This document shows positions 12,701 through 25,850 of a stretch of DNA of 64,000 bases, piece after piece. Source of the stretch: Zygnema circumcarinatum SAG 698-1b (lineage: Eukaryota > Plantae > Zygnematophyceae); assembly GCA_037447605.1 (NCBI GenBank), contig CM074805.1, positions 3,753,361 through 3,817,360 of the forward strand. Reading direction: 5' to 3'. A program made the position numbers and the translations under genes. The notes beneath the pieces were generated by a model. It was not told the origin of the DNA and searched no databases. It saw nothing but the letters and a program-made list of their open reading frames with translations. The stretch's first letter is position 1. Each line of letters begins with the position of its first letter.

Positions 12701-15700
12701 ATTTAATAACCAATACCGTATTTAAAGTGATTCATTGTGTGCTTTCATTTGATGGTAAGACCTGTGAGCTCTCACTACTGCCAACTATTCATTGAAAAAA
12801 TGGCCTGAACTCAACCATACCTTAAATATGAACTCGCAGCAACGGCAGCCGGTACATATCCACTGAAGTTGTTGAAGGAAATGTCACTGCAAGCCACAAA
12901 TCGCTGAGTTTGTTATAAGCGTTTCAAAGGTTTTCACAGTATTCATTCTTTCTTGAAAAAGTTAGGGATGTTCTCTTACATCGCAATACTTGTGAAGCGC
13001 GAAAATACATCAAAGACACTTTGAGGTATCGACCCTGTGAACGAATTGTTGGCGACGTTCCTGCATCAACAAAGAAGTGTCAACTTTTTCTTTTTTTCTT
13101 TTTTTTTTGTACCGGATATTTATGGTTCTGTTAATGTGGTCAATGTAAGTACAGTGTACGGTCGATAGAGGACGATAAGTGACCCCACGTGCTAGAGTTT
13201 TCGGGATTCGGGAATGGACGATGTGGGAAGTGAAGCGTCAAAAAGGAAGCCGAAGAGACGTACTAGAGACGAGTGAAGGAGAGAGGCCGAGAGAGGAGGA
13301 AGGAGCAGCCCCAATAGCTAAGCTTGCGTTCGGATCAATAACATCCATGGGGCTGCACCATGGAAGCACAATGCGTGGCTTTCTCGTTTACAATGCGTAT
13401 TATGCGTGAAATTCCAGGAATTGAGTAGTATTCTATAAGTGTAATGCGTTCAACATTAGTCATACTCTGTAGTCAGCGGAACTTAACAGAAGTAACTCAC
13501 TAACGCACGGCACGATTGCACGTGCGAGCGGACGCATCCGACGGCAGCGCGTGATAGTCGGACTGGAGGCTCTCGGGCCCCTCCCCTTAAAGAGCCTCAA
13601 CTTGACTTGCTCAAGTAAGTCATGCATTTTAACCGCCGGGAAAAAATGGGCCATGCGCATAGTGCCCGATTTCTCATCATTTCAATCGTGGGGTTTGCTG
13701 TGTATGGTGTTTCGATGGGCTGCATCGATTTCAAGTTCTCGGATGTAGCAACATCGGCAACAACTTTTGGGCACCCGAAAACCAGACCTCCAAACTGGGG
13801 GGGGGGTTGGCCTGAGGGCCGGCCCACAACTCGACCCCCCCCCCCCCCCGGACAGGGAGGGTGCCCGGCCCGGTCTAATACATTTTAGAATGAATGGAGT
13901 GGCCCTGGCTCACTTGCTACGAAATTTTTGCAAGACTGTTTTGCGGTAATAGAAATAATAATAACAATAGGAACAGCTCTACCAGTGTCGTCCTGGAGCC
14001 TCCTGAAACATGGGCATTGCACTAGGCCATTCTTTTTGGCTGAACCATGCTCCGGGGGGAAGGCCTGCTTCTAGATTCCCGTGAATGCAACCCAGCGGTT
14101 GTTCTATAATTTACCCATACGTTAGGTAATAAATATAATTCTTGTACTCAAGTAGACAACTACACTTCAACCCTCCACCAAAGAAAAGCCTCTCATACAA
14201 TATCTTAAGAGACATCTATACTTGCGAATTAGGGCAGACTTTACTTACAAAATAACTTCTGTAGCAGTTCCGTCGATTTCTGTTGGCAAATATTGGAACA
14301 GATTTGGAAGGACTCCAGTCATCTTATTTTTTGCAGCAATCCTGCACCACATCAATCACCACGTCATGAATCATCTTGCAGAACATGGATGGCGCAGTCA
14401 GAGAACTTTGGCCCTCCTACAAGGAGGTTTATCATGAAAACAACGGATCAATATTCTCCGAAAGGAGGTCTATGACGGATATTAGTTTTGACGAGTTTCA
14501 GGAAAGCCAAGCTCGACGTTTCTCTTATCAACATGGCACTTCAATGAAAATAAATCGACCTTCGCCGACGGGTGTTGTCCATGGCATTCTTTACGTGTTG
14601 CACGTGCAATTGAGGCTGCATTGTGTGGCGCCTTTTGGGCACGGCATGGAGTGAAACCGGAGGTCACACATGCATGCAGAGAGCAGCAATGTGCTCGACC
14701 TTGTCCAAGCCTTCAGTGATTCAATGGAGAAAAGTCGCAACCTAGCCAAAAATTGTGCCGAGCTACGTGCTTGGAATACTGCAATCGCGCTTAAATAGAC
14801 TTGGGCTTTTGAAGGAATCGTGAAAATTGCACGAAGTACTGTTGTGAAATGTTACTGCACTGCAGATTAGTCTCCTATGTTTTGATAACTAAGCCTTTGA
14901 GGCAGCTGATGTGATTTATTTAGAAACAGTGGAACCTCATCCTAACTTCTGTTCTGTAGGTGGTCGACATTTACGGGCTGTCACTACCCGTAGGCGCGCC
15001 CAAATGCAAGCAGCAGTCAAATAGACCAAAGATGGCTAGAAATGTACACAGGTATTGGCTCATTGGGCAACAATATCTGGGGTACCTAAGTTGGGTAGTT
15101 CTACCAAGTACCATAGAAGCACCATTCGTGATTTTCACATTTTTTATGCGTGAAATGGAAAACGTGCGATGCAATTCTAAATGTAAGGACACTCACAATG
15201 TTGATAAAACTGTTGCAGATTCGAGAACTTGTGGTAGGTCTCCCGAAAAATCATTATTTTCAATGTTTCTGTGCAAGTATTGGAAAACAACATTTGGGCA
15301 ATTTCTTTCAAATCGTGACAGTTGCTCTATTTTTCTACCTATATTTGACGAGTGGAGAAGTTGAACTCCTTCCCATGGTTTCCTTTTCCAATGTATCATT
15401 TTCCCCACGGAGTACTGCCTTCCAGTTAAAATTCACTAAATCAATTTGTAGCGACCCTTCCTAGAACTCCATGCAATGTTAAGCAGCTGTAGACAACGAT
15501 CGACTATTCACTGGTGCAGGTTCTGAGGCCAACACTATGAATTCTTGAAGTTCCTAACTCGATCAAAAAATAAAAACTTTGAAAATGTATCAAGTTAGAG
15601 GCGTGACACAAGCAAGCTGGTTTAAGTGTGTGCTTACAATGATTTTAGTTCTCCAACATTGGTCAAAGTCAGCGGTCCTGTGAACTGGTTGTTGCTAATG

Positions 15701-18700
15701 TCTCTGCCCAGAAAAGAAAGAACATGGCTATAAAGAATGAAAGCTGAATCAACGACCAAACATTATTCTAGTTATATGTCACATGCATCCTTATCCACCC
15801 TCTATTAAGAATATTCCAAGAATCCTAATGTTGTCAACATTAACAAATGTTAACATTTCTGTTTTTTCTGCTCCCTTTTTCTGTTTCTGTTACTATGACA
15901 ATTTATCATGCTCAAAGGAATATCAACAAATTACTTCTCAAAATTCACTAAATGCAGGACACAAGCAGGTAATTTTCAAAAGATGACGAATTAATATGAT
16001 GTCCTGAGTCTGTAAGGTCTGTTTGCGGCGGGCATAGTTAAACTACCCACTACCAACAACATTTGGAAACAATTTCAACGATTCTCACAAGCGACCTTCT
16101 GAATCTGCAAGAATTCGCATGCTCATCTGTGTAACCTACAGACATGCAAAACTACAGGGACCTCATTCTGAAATTAATAAGAGCTACATACTCCGGATAA
16201 GAAGAACGGCTAAAAATACTAATATTTCCCTGGCGCATAAGTAATAAGGTATAGATACATCTCTCCACTAATTTTATTTGGGAAGAAATGATTCTGTAGA
16301 GACATGGTTTGGATATATCCCCAGCAGCATGCCGGCTGTAGAAAGTAAGAAATTAAAAACATGCGAAGAGTGCCTAGTGGTATTATACTTGACCAAGTGC
16401 GGTTATTGCTTGCATCACTCAAGTTCAAGATAACGCATCAATCAAAAATAAATTCGTGGTTTAAGCCTAAAAAATGCACGTAACAATCCTAAAAAGAAAA
16501 TTTCCCCCATATAGTTTCATTTATGGACGAAATTATCTTCAGTTACGTCTAGTTTGTAAAGTATCAGAAAATGAAAGAAATAAGAAAAGAAAAAACTGAA
16601 AAGGAAACAATCTGCTCCATTACGTTTTCTAATAACGCAATGACTCTTCTCTTGGCCCTGGGCGGCGCTGCTTACATGTAAGTGCAATTTGGCGGAAACG
16701 TGTCATCGAAAATGCTTCCATTAAAAAAATTCGATGGGAAATATCTGCACAAATCCATCAAAAAATTAACGTCAAACCTATTTTTTTATCCTATTCGTAA
16801 ATTGCCAGTTTTCCTTCATCCATGAAGTGTGTCATTCTATGAATACGATACGCCCAAGTTCAACAAGTAAACATGTTATGAAACGGCTCCACAGTCGAGA
16901 TTGCATGATGCCAAGTTGCAGAAAATGGAAATATTGGAAAAGAGTCTCGAGAGGGCGACCATCCAACTCAAAGCACTCATATCAGTCCGTGCACTGCGGA
17001 AAAGTTGAGGTGAGAGGGAAAGAATGGGAAGCAAATGTATCTTACATTTGTGTGAGGTTTGCCAGCTTGTGCAACCTCGGTAGCTCCCCAGAAAAATTGT
17101 TGTATGCAATGTTTCTATACACAAAAAGATACCGTGACCAAGCAATATAGTCAAGAACTATCATTCAGATGTAATCAAATGTACCCTTTCAGGAGGAATG
17201 GGAGTTAGAGTGGAAAATCTAGTAGTTAAAAGGGGAAGTCGAGGAAGAAGTCAGATACAAACTGTGGAGGATGTTCGAGCCCATCATGTGCTTTGATCAT
17301 GGCGTCACATAAATGATAAACCTTTACGCTATAAGAGAAAGGTTTTTAAGATTAAGTTCTTACGTATAATCTTTGAATGCGAACCTGATAAATTTGAGGA
17401 ACAACAAATAAACCTTTGACCTTAGCCATACTTCATTCCTCGTCAGAAGCGCAAGAGATAGAGAAGGTTCTGCAGTTCAGACAGAAATGTCTTGAGATTT
17501 TCAAAGTGTGAGTTGATTCAAAATCGTACATGAACCGAAGGCTGCTCAAGGAGGCCATGGAACTCGGAATCGATCCATTCATGGACGTGTTCACAATAGT
17601 CCTGCGATCAAAAGAAAAAAAAAATTACGATTTTTGTCACAGGATTTGCTCTGAGGGGGTCTTCAAACAAGTCATCTAGAGCGAGCAAAACATTCAGAAA
17701 TCCAAGTTCCATTGAAATCTTTTTTTCTGCAATCACTGCTGGATATCTCTTATCCATTGGAACTAGCCATGTGGACTCCCAAATTGGAAATCTATGCCAA
17801 ATATTGTGAGACCACAGCCTTCAGCTTCTGAGGTGATGGTAGGATCTAGGTTTGGTTCATATTTAAAGCCAAAAATATCTGTATTCACGTCTCCACTTGG
17901 CATGCATCACTCTGCTCAAAACTTTCACAACGAATTCAAAACACAGAATCTGTTGAAGAAACGAAGCGCTTTGATATGACAATAGCCTTTAGAGAGAACT
18001 TCTTCTGGGGGGAATAGCATGCAGGAATGATGAAGGCCCTTCGAAAAATTACTTACAGAGATGCAAGACTCGTCATGTTCGCGATACTCTCACTGAGCGT
18101 CCCAATTATTCCCTGCCCATATATGGTCCTGTTGATCGGACACATAAAACAAGGAGAGGGCATCAACAGAAATAAGGGGGTCATCGGCAGAGAGGCGAGC
18201 TTGGTGTGAGAGTGTTGTGACCACATATAACCTTTAACAACACAAGGAATTCACAGTCTTCTTCTACCAGCACTCGCGAATTTTCTTCATAAATGCGGCA
18301 GTTACGAACAGTTGAACTCAATAGTCACGAGTATACGGTAAAAAATAATGAGAAAACAAATCTTTTTCGAATTGGCTTTAGCTGTTTCGCTTGTCGAAAG
18401 TGATTAAGGTGAGGGGAAGAGTTTTAAAATAGTTGAATGTGTAGACATATTTACATGGACCTACCATAACAGCGTTCAGCGTCACATATCATAGGGAATA
18501 GGGTCATTTCGGTACATGTCCAATTCGAGTTCATGAATTTCTCATAGTGACATTACATGCAGATTTAAGAAACATGATGCAGGAGCCGAGTAGCACAACG
18601 ATTAAACGCACATCGCGGAGATGTGGAAGGAGAGGTGAGCGACATTATCGCAGGATGAGGGATTTCGTGTGGTCCGTTCTATGAATATGTTCGAAAGGCA

Positions 18701-19425
18701 GGCAGGAGAGTCACATGTACAATCGCTAGATATGCTTAGCAGTGAAGTTCCATGAGAAATTTCCGAATTCAATGTTTCCGTCAAATCAATCTTGCGTTCA
18801 AAAAAGAAATCCATGATCCAAGAATTGCTGGCGTCAGCACTGCAACACATACATGGCAGTGATGGCTTTCGTTTTGTTATCGCACGCGCTGACAATCCTC
18901 AAAGGGTTGTCAGCGCAAGGGTCCCCCGTCTTCCACCGTCCGTTGCTGTTCAGAAAAGTCGATCCGCGCAAGTTTTCCGCGACATCGTTGTACGCTTTAA
19001 CTGCGCGCAGGCAACAGCAGGACGTGAACAAGACTCATGTTCAACAACACATTGGTATGAAAACGCATCGTTCATATTCTGTAGTTACTTCTTATCTGTA
19101 GTTTGCCCAAGAGGTTGCTGGTTTGCTCAAATGCTCATTTCTATAGCAATGTTGCGTATGAAAAGTTCAGTCGGTGCTTGTTGCTGCGGGCATTAAATCG
19201 TTAATTCTGCATTGAATAAAATGTTAGATATCAAGGAAACTGATATCTGGATAGCCCAATGCTGATCGCCTGCTAACTTTACAACCGTTAAGGGGCAACA
19301 AGAACGCTGAAGTACGGACTATCCTCAGGGCGAGTTGGGCCGACGAATTGGCCGAGAGACGTCGCGCTCCAGCTCAAATACAAGAGTGCGGCGAGCGTGA
19401 AGCGCGAAGGTGCGCAGCCCGCCAT
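9723..19425 (-). CDS. LRR receptor-like Ser/Thr kinase (signal peptide, LRRNT, 8 single-exon LRRs, TM, RD kinase), ~16 exons
   Basis: Exon 1 (19425-19320) reads [25 protein letters not shown]...TRPED. LRRNT exon has WKTGDPC. LRR exons lie at ~18128, 17602, 17113, 16744, 15704, 15268, 13060 and 12886 (e.g. [23 protein letters not shown]). Then GNPYLCG plus TM (12168-11960), and kinase motifs [57 protein letters not shown]. Confidence 0.9.
10572..10791 (-). other. U12-type AT-AC intron in the RLK kinase domain
   Basis: 5' end ATATCCAT; branch-like TCCTTGAC and TTCTTTGAC; 3' end CAC. Removal restores ARALA-YLHEDC in frame. Confidence 0.85.
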
Positions 19426-21663
19426 GCTCCGCAAGTGCTCTCGTCTGCCCTAGCCCCTCATGGCACTGCAGCGCAGAGCCATACGCATACTGTACAGCGG
19501 CGGGCTGTCTGCGGACGGGGCACGCACTGAGGGAGGGAGGGAGGGAGGGCGCGGAGGACCAAAAAGGGAATGCGAGGCGTCAAAGCGCGGTTTGGAAAAC
19601 GGTACGGAGCGAGGCGCCGTACAGGGACACACGTCAGCATGAGGCTGCGGTCTCACGGTCCAACTTCCGGTTCAACCGGTTGCAGCGCTGATGAGTGAGA
19701 AACTGCGGCGCGAAGTTTGACGAAACGAAGTTTGCAGCTCGTTCAACTTCACCTTTCGCACGAGCCACGCGCAGACCACAGGCGCCGCTTGACGACATCG
19801 GTCAAGATATGATATCTGAAAAGATGCGGTTACTTGCAGCCTCGATTCGAAAGCGTCAGTGACCATCAGCGGATGGCCAATGAAGGGCCATAATTTTATA
19901 AAGTTAGATTTTATTTGAGATTTTACGATTCTTCTGGAGATCTTAAGATACGACGACGAGGATCGCACCTTTGCGTTGGCGGCCGGTTGGGGGGGAACGG
20001 AATCGAGCAGGGCGGGAGGCTGGAGGGAACTGTCATCCCGTTACCGTACGGTTTCGTACACCTGCACCTGTTATTGTTCAGTACTGTAAATGCACATTTT
20101 CTGTGCTCGCCGTGATGGCGAACGGGACTGCGACTGCCCAACTGTTCTGATATGACGTCAAGATTGCGTGGTTGTCGTCAGCAATGTGTGGACGCCGCGC
20201 GAGCGAGATTGGATGTGGCGATGCCGCCCAAGGGACATGGTCCACATGGACTGCAGCAGCACGGGGAACCACGAGGAATGGGGGACGAAGGATCTGAGGA
20301 CGAAAGGAAACGTTAACTTTGGACTGGGCGATAATCTTTCTGGTTTTCGGCATGTAGTAAATTCACCGCTTACACGCCGGCTAGTTTCCATGGTGTTGAA
20401 CTTCGTATTTGTTGAATTGCTGGTCTGCATATGTTTCAATCCATGCAATGTGTATACTTCGCGAGAAAGTCAGGGGACCCTTCAATGGCATTTGATTCAT
20501 AGAGCACGACTGTGTGCTGTGTTTGCATTGCCGGTTTCACTGCGCCCTTTGCCCATCCTTTGCAGCACGGTTCTCTCTCCGCATCCCTGCATATCAATTT
20601 TCAGTCCTGCACCCCATCATGCGAGGCAAAAGCATTGCGTTGATGAAGCTCGGCGAAGCAAAGGCTCGACGCATAGTTCCGCTCCTAGGAGACGCCGACA
20701 CCCTTGAGGTCTAGGAAAGAATCGAGGTACCAGCTTCTAGAGATCATCGATTTGCTTCACAATTTAGTGTGTGGAACATTCTTTGCTTTCATTGAGGTTC
20801 TCCATAGTTGCTCTGTCCATGCACATTTGATGGCGTCGCCATTATGAGATCGATGCTTGCACTAACATTCCAACGGAATATAGTAAAGACAAAAATAAAC
20901 TGGCATTCATCTACACGATGGCAATGCCATCAACTGTGCATGGACAAAGATAAAATGCCAAAATTCATGGCATGTCACCGGATGTATGCTCCACTATTTT
21001 TTCCACATATCGCTTCCATTCTGCCCAAACATTTCCCCTCCGATTTGTAACGTGCAGCAATGGCGGTTAGATGCTTCATGCTGTTGAGACTTGGCACAGT
21101 GATCCTCGGGTGTTCAGAGCTGTTCAGCTATATCCGGGCTCATGGTTTACTCGGCAAACTTTGTCCTTTCAGACATTCTAAAAGAAACCAATGGTTCTGT
21201 GAACAGTTTGGACAACACGGCGGACATATGCAGACGTGCAGCAAAGGGAAGAGGAGGGGGGACAGCTCACTGCTAAGAAAAGCTGGTACACGATGCCCAT
21301 CTTTATTTACGAACGTTAAAAAAGAATATCGTACAACAGCAATGTTGTGTCACTACTTCTGCGCCGACAAGCTACTCTCCGCCTATCAAAACATTGAAAC
21401 TCAATGTAACGTGTCTGTACACTATCTTACAACCAATCCAATCAATCCAATCTCTCATATGAAACCCACCCGCCTAAAAAAAATTCTGCATGTGATCGAA
21501 TCTTCGTCTGCAGTACAAAGCTCTATTTCCTAGCACTTGTTCCCCTCCTTTCGCAACGAGGTGCTGTGAGTACTCTGCCATATAGACATCTCTCTAACCT
21601 TAACGAAGCAGCGCCCGCACACCCTCCTACGTCTAAAAAAAATAAAGTGTTAACCTGGACAGA

Positions 21664-22698
21664 TCAGGGGCTCCCTGCTCTCCCGGGCCCCACTCTGCTG
21701 CTCACTGCCTTCAGCGGTATTCTGAACCGGCTCCATAAAGCGGTGATGCCCCCTCTCCCCATCTCTTCTTTCCGAGATTCCGAGTTTTCAGAAGCTTCTG
21801 GCAGCTCGTATGTGGTATGCAACGCACTAGAAATCTGTGATGACGCTCTCCGCAATTTCATCCTCCCCTCCTTCACAGCCTCCACCTTTTCTCTCCCCCC
21901 TCCCTCCTCTCCCTCACCCTCTCTCCCTCCCTCCTTCCCTTGAATCGGGCGCCGTGGAAGAGCGCCGACCCACCACCTCATTGCTGACACAATCCTTTTG
22001 TTTGGCGATGCCTCGGCGGAGTATTCCGCACTGATCTGCTCCGAAACGTCCGACTTGGTAGTCATCAATCGCCAAGGGACGACATTTTCTTCGCAAGTTT
22101 TTCCTCCCTTGACGCCGCAGGCGAGGAAGGCCTCGATCTGCCCCTCCTCCATGGACCGCACCGACAGAATGCTGCCGCCGGCTTGAGTCTCCTCCGCGCC
22201 GAAGGAGAGCCCTCCCTCGGAGAGAATCCGCTCCGGAAGGACCAGCGGCAGCGGATTTCTAGAAGCTTCCAGGAAACGCTTCTTGTCGTCTTCCTCTTCC
22301 CCCGACTGTGAGCAATCAGTCGAGGCCTCTACCTCCTCCTCATCCTCCTCCTTAACCTCGGCAGCCATGGCTGCTTCCTCCTCAGCAGCGTTCACTGCCG
22401 GCTCAGCCTCAACAGTGATGGCTGCTGATGCTGCCTCCTCCGCATCCGACGGCTTGCAGGGGTGACACGTGGCATCCTGCAGGGGCGCCCCGTCAGCGCC
22501 GTCCCGGCCCTGCCAGTCCCCGAGGTGGTCGGCGGGCGCCGAGTTGTACCGCACGACGGCGAGGGGGAGCGGCTCCTCCTCCTCTCCCGCGCCGCCACGC
22601 CGCGGGAGGGGCCGCCGCGCGACGCGGCTCGACCGGTCCAGCGAGTGCGTGCGCTGCAGCCGCTGCGGGTGCAGAGGCGCGAGCTCGAACAGCACCAT
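21664..22698 (-). CDS. Hypothetical intronless 344-aa low-complexity (Glu/Ala/Ser-rich) protein
   Basis: Long ORF starting at a GCCATGG context, downstream of a GA-repeat leader and a G-box-rich GC island. No family recognised. Confidence 0.55.
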   Translation of the reverse strand: MVLFELAPLHPQRLQRTHSLDRSSRVARRPLPRRGGAGEEEEPLPLAVVRYNSAPADHLGDWQGRDGADGAPLQDATCHPCKPSDAEEAASAAITVEAEPAVNAAEEEAAMAAEVKEEDEEEVEASTDCSQSGEEEDDKKRFLEASRNPLPLVLPERILSEGGLSFGAEETQAGGSILSVRSMEEGQIEAFLACGVKGGKTCEENVVPWRLMTTKSDVSEQISAEYSAEASPNKRIVSAMRWWVGALPRRPIQGKEGGREGEGEEGGGREKVEAVKEGRMKLRRASSQISSALHTTYELPEASENSESRKEEMGRGGITALWSRFRIPLKAVSSRVGPGRAGSP

Positions 22699-22704
22699 GG
22701 CGCC

Positions 22705-22738
<34 letters not shown>

Positions 22739-24056
22739 CTTCCTCCTCTCTCTCCGCGTGCGTGCTGGAGTGTCCTTCTTGCCGGCTCGCTTTCAGCAGT
22801 CAGTTCCCGTCCCAGCGGCGCTGCCTGCCGCGTAACGCGGCTTTAAGGTGCGAGGGGTCAATGGCCGCCTGCTGACCGCGGCCAATGAAGCGCGTGCCAC
22901 GTGGCACGCGGCGGCTGGCTGCGCGGCGACCTCGTGACGCGGCAGTTATGGCACGGAGCCGGCCGCGCGCGCACGTTGCGGAGCGGCGTAAATGCACGCG
23001 ACACGTGGCTGCTGTTGCATGTCAGCCATGGCGGGGCGTACGGACGCCCGCCCGCCGGGAGTACGGCCATGTGCGGGCAGGTTTCGGGAGGCGGCCGGGT
23101 CGCACTAAACGACAAAAACACTCAGATTTTTTTGCATGGGGACCAGATATGGAGAATGTTCTGGCCGGATTGGCCCTCGATTTTGAGCGCCGATTGACTC
23201 ATATTTTTTTTTTTTTTTTTTTTTTCTATGGAAACTGGAGATATTTTGATTTTCGGAAGCCAGAAATGTCGGTGCCGCTGGCCATGTGACCCCCGGGCCC
23301 CGTCTCCTTGTCGTATTGGGCCGCTCAGCCGCCCACAACCGCGCATGCGACAAACCGGCTTTGCACAAAATCTTGTCCTCCGCATGCAGCCGTACGGAGG
23401 GTAGGTCCCCAACGGAGGCGGTGATGTTCGTACCGTACGAATATCTCCTCCCTCGCCCTCGCAGCCGCGGGCGGCGGGGCCGGCCCTCCCCGCGGCCGCG
23501 GGGCGTAACCGCCGAGGGGGATACGGCGAATCTCAAAGATTTCGTCCGCTCATAGGATCTTCGCAGATCCTGCCGTCAGTGCGTATCTGTGGCCACTAAG
23601 CGACGGCCCCACGTGTGCCTTCGGATTCCGTACGGGGGTGAATGACGGGCGGGTCCGGCGGCCGGGCGCCAGCCTCGCGCGGGCCCGGGGGAGCCGCCGG
23701 CAGAAGGGCTCGGGCAGGCGGGCAGGCGGGCAGGCCGGGGAGGAGGGCCCCTGCGGGCGGCGGGCAGCGGAAAACATTTGCGGTCAGACGCGCCTGTGGG
23801 GCCCGAGGCCTCGCGGGCATGTGCGCGGGGGCAGGTGCAGTGTACGGTATTCGTACGGTACGGCCTGTCGCGGTGGCGACGGCTGTGGGGTTGCACATGC
23901 ACGCGGCTCTGCTGATTGCAGCCGACCGACCGTACACGACCAGAGTCAAGCATTAAAATGTGGTGACAACAGAGAGACTTCTGGCGGTGCATGCATGCAT
24001 GGGAAATTGGGGACGGAAATCAACAGGAGTGAACAAGAATACACATAGCAAACTTT

Positions 24057-24386
24057 CATTGAACTCGCGATGGCGAGGCCATCAAATGTACATGGATAAA
24101 GGCAAAATGTGGAACCACGAAGGACTGGTCACAAAGGACCGAAACACAATAAAACAAAGCTAGGAGCGGAAAACTACGCCTAGGCACAACAACGCAGCCC
24201 TAGAAGCAGAACAAGAACAAGAACAAGAATCATTTTCCTGTCCATCGGCAACCCTATGCGTAGCTTTCCGCTCGTAGCTTTTTTCTTTTGGCCTTAGGTC
24301 CCCTGCGACCAGTTTCTCGTGGTTCCCCATGCTGATTTTTTCCATGTACATTTGATGGCATCATCGCCATCGTGAGCTCAATGCCG
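24057..24386. mobile_element. Putative MITE / foldback element with ~100-bp imperfect inverted repeats
   Basis: 24057-24150 (CATTGAACTCGCGATGGCGAGGCCATCAAATGTACATGGA...GGAACCACGAAGGACTGGTC) matches the reverse complement of 24285-24386. Related copies occur elsewhere in the window. Confidence 0.55.
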
Positions 24387-24929
24387 CATCTCCTTTCGGT
24401 TGATGTCCTCTGTCTGTCCGCGATGCCGCGATGTGTTCGACGACCGGCCGCACCACGCCCGAATGTCTCATTGGACTCGCCCACGAGCGAGCCCGACCCC
24501 GAGTCGAGGAAGTTGCGGATCCACCGCTTGAAACAGCGGACGCGGACCCTGCGCAGCGCCGTACGGACCGTACGGGTCGGCCCGGTGAAGAAGGTAAGGT
24601 TTCTCTCTCCCGGGCGGCCTTCGGCGGACGGCGCGCGGTCCCGTGCCACGTCGGAGGGAGGTCAACGAGGCTCCGCACTGTCAATCCGTCGTAAATGGTA
24701 CAAGTTCCAACCATTGGCTTGCCAGGCAATGGTTGGGGGTCAGAACCATCGGTCGGCGGGCCTAGCCAACCAATAGAGATCGATAGTTTGGAATCAATGG
24801 CAACAGACCAGACCATTCGTTGCTTTTTACATGGCTAGGTTTCCAGTGCACATGCGATGACTCGTTAGGGCATCCATGTAATCTATCTACAAGCGTGTCT
24901 TCAAACCTGCTTATTTGCTTTTTTTTTTT

Positions 24930-25072
24930 TCGGTTCCCAATGCTTGGCAACCAGTGCCAATGCTTCGAAACATCAGTTGCCAATACGTGACAACAGTTGC
25001 CGATGCATCGAACGGTTGGTTGCCAATGCTTGATAGGCATTGGTCGCCAATGCTTGAACCATTGGCAACTGA
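24930..25072 (+). repeat. Degenerate tandem array with (T)TGCCAATGCTTG core, ~6 units, period 18-25 bp
   Basis: Cores near 24937, 24955, 24977, 24997, 25020 and 25045. Confidence 0.7.
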
Positions 25073-25850
25073 ATGACCTTTCTTGAAGATGGCTTGACTG
25101 TGAGAAGTCGCCACTGCCACTGTGACCCGTCCATGACGAGTAGATCCAATCACAAATGAGTGCAGCATGACAAGGTTGAAGCCGGAAGTTAGTCACCTTC
25201 CCCACACAAGGACACCAAAGCGCACGGATCAATTGTTCTTTCTGGGCCAATGTTAATGCCAAAGGACCCCAACAAGGAAAAAATAAAGAATGGCGGGACA
25301 AACAATTGTAACACCCTCTGACTCAGTACCTCATGACCCTCTAGAAGGGACGCTTCCATATGCCTGCCAGCGCGTAGTTTACAACGTTCGTCAGTTCTAC
25401 TGAGGACCACAGGCGGTCAATAATTCGAAAATTAAAATTCACAACAGGCTACTCTCCTCTGCTTCCCTATAGCCTGAAATTTTGCGAAACAAGGGCATTT
25501 TCAGATACTCATCTGGAAATAAGAACAAAATAGAGGCACAACCCTTGTGCCAAAATCCTTTCTAGTTTACAAGCTGTAGGGCCGCTGCTGTGCTGCACTA
25601 GCGCCCTTCAAAAGCATTAATTTCCTGAAGCCTTCCCTTCAGGAATTCAAACATTGATGAACAAGGCCGGGAGATGGGGCAGGGCGCTCGAGTGGAAAAC
25701 ATGTACAAAATGCTTACTGAACAAATGCTTTGACTAGAATAGAGCCTGAGGAAGCGAGTCCCCTGTAATCCATACACTCGACAAATAAGAATGACAGAAG
25801 TAGGAAGGTACTAATCGAATATCACACTCTGGGATATGGTTTCCAGGGTT

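Noticed and set aside
24930-25072. CRISPR-like array
   Set aside because: Repeats are only ~12 bp and degenerate, spacers are too short, there are no cas genes, and the context is eukaryotic.
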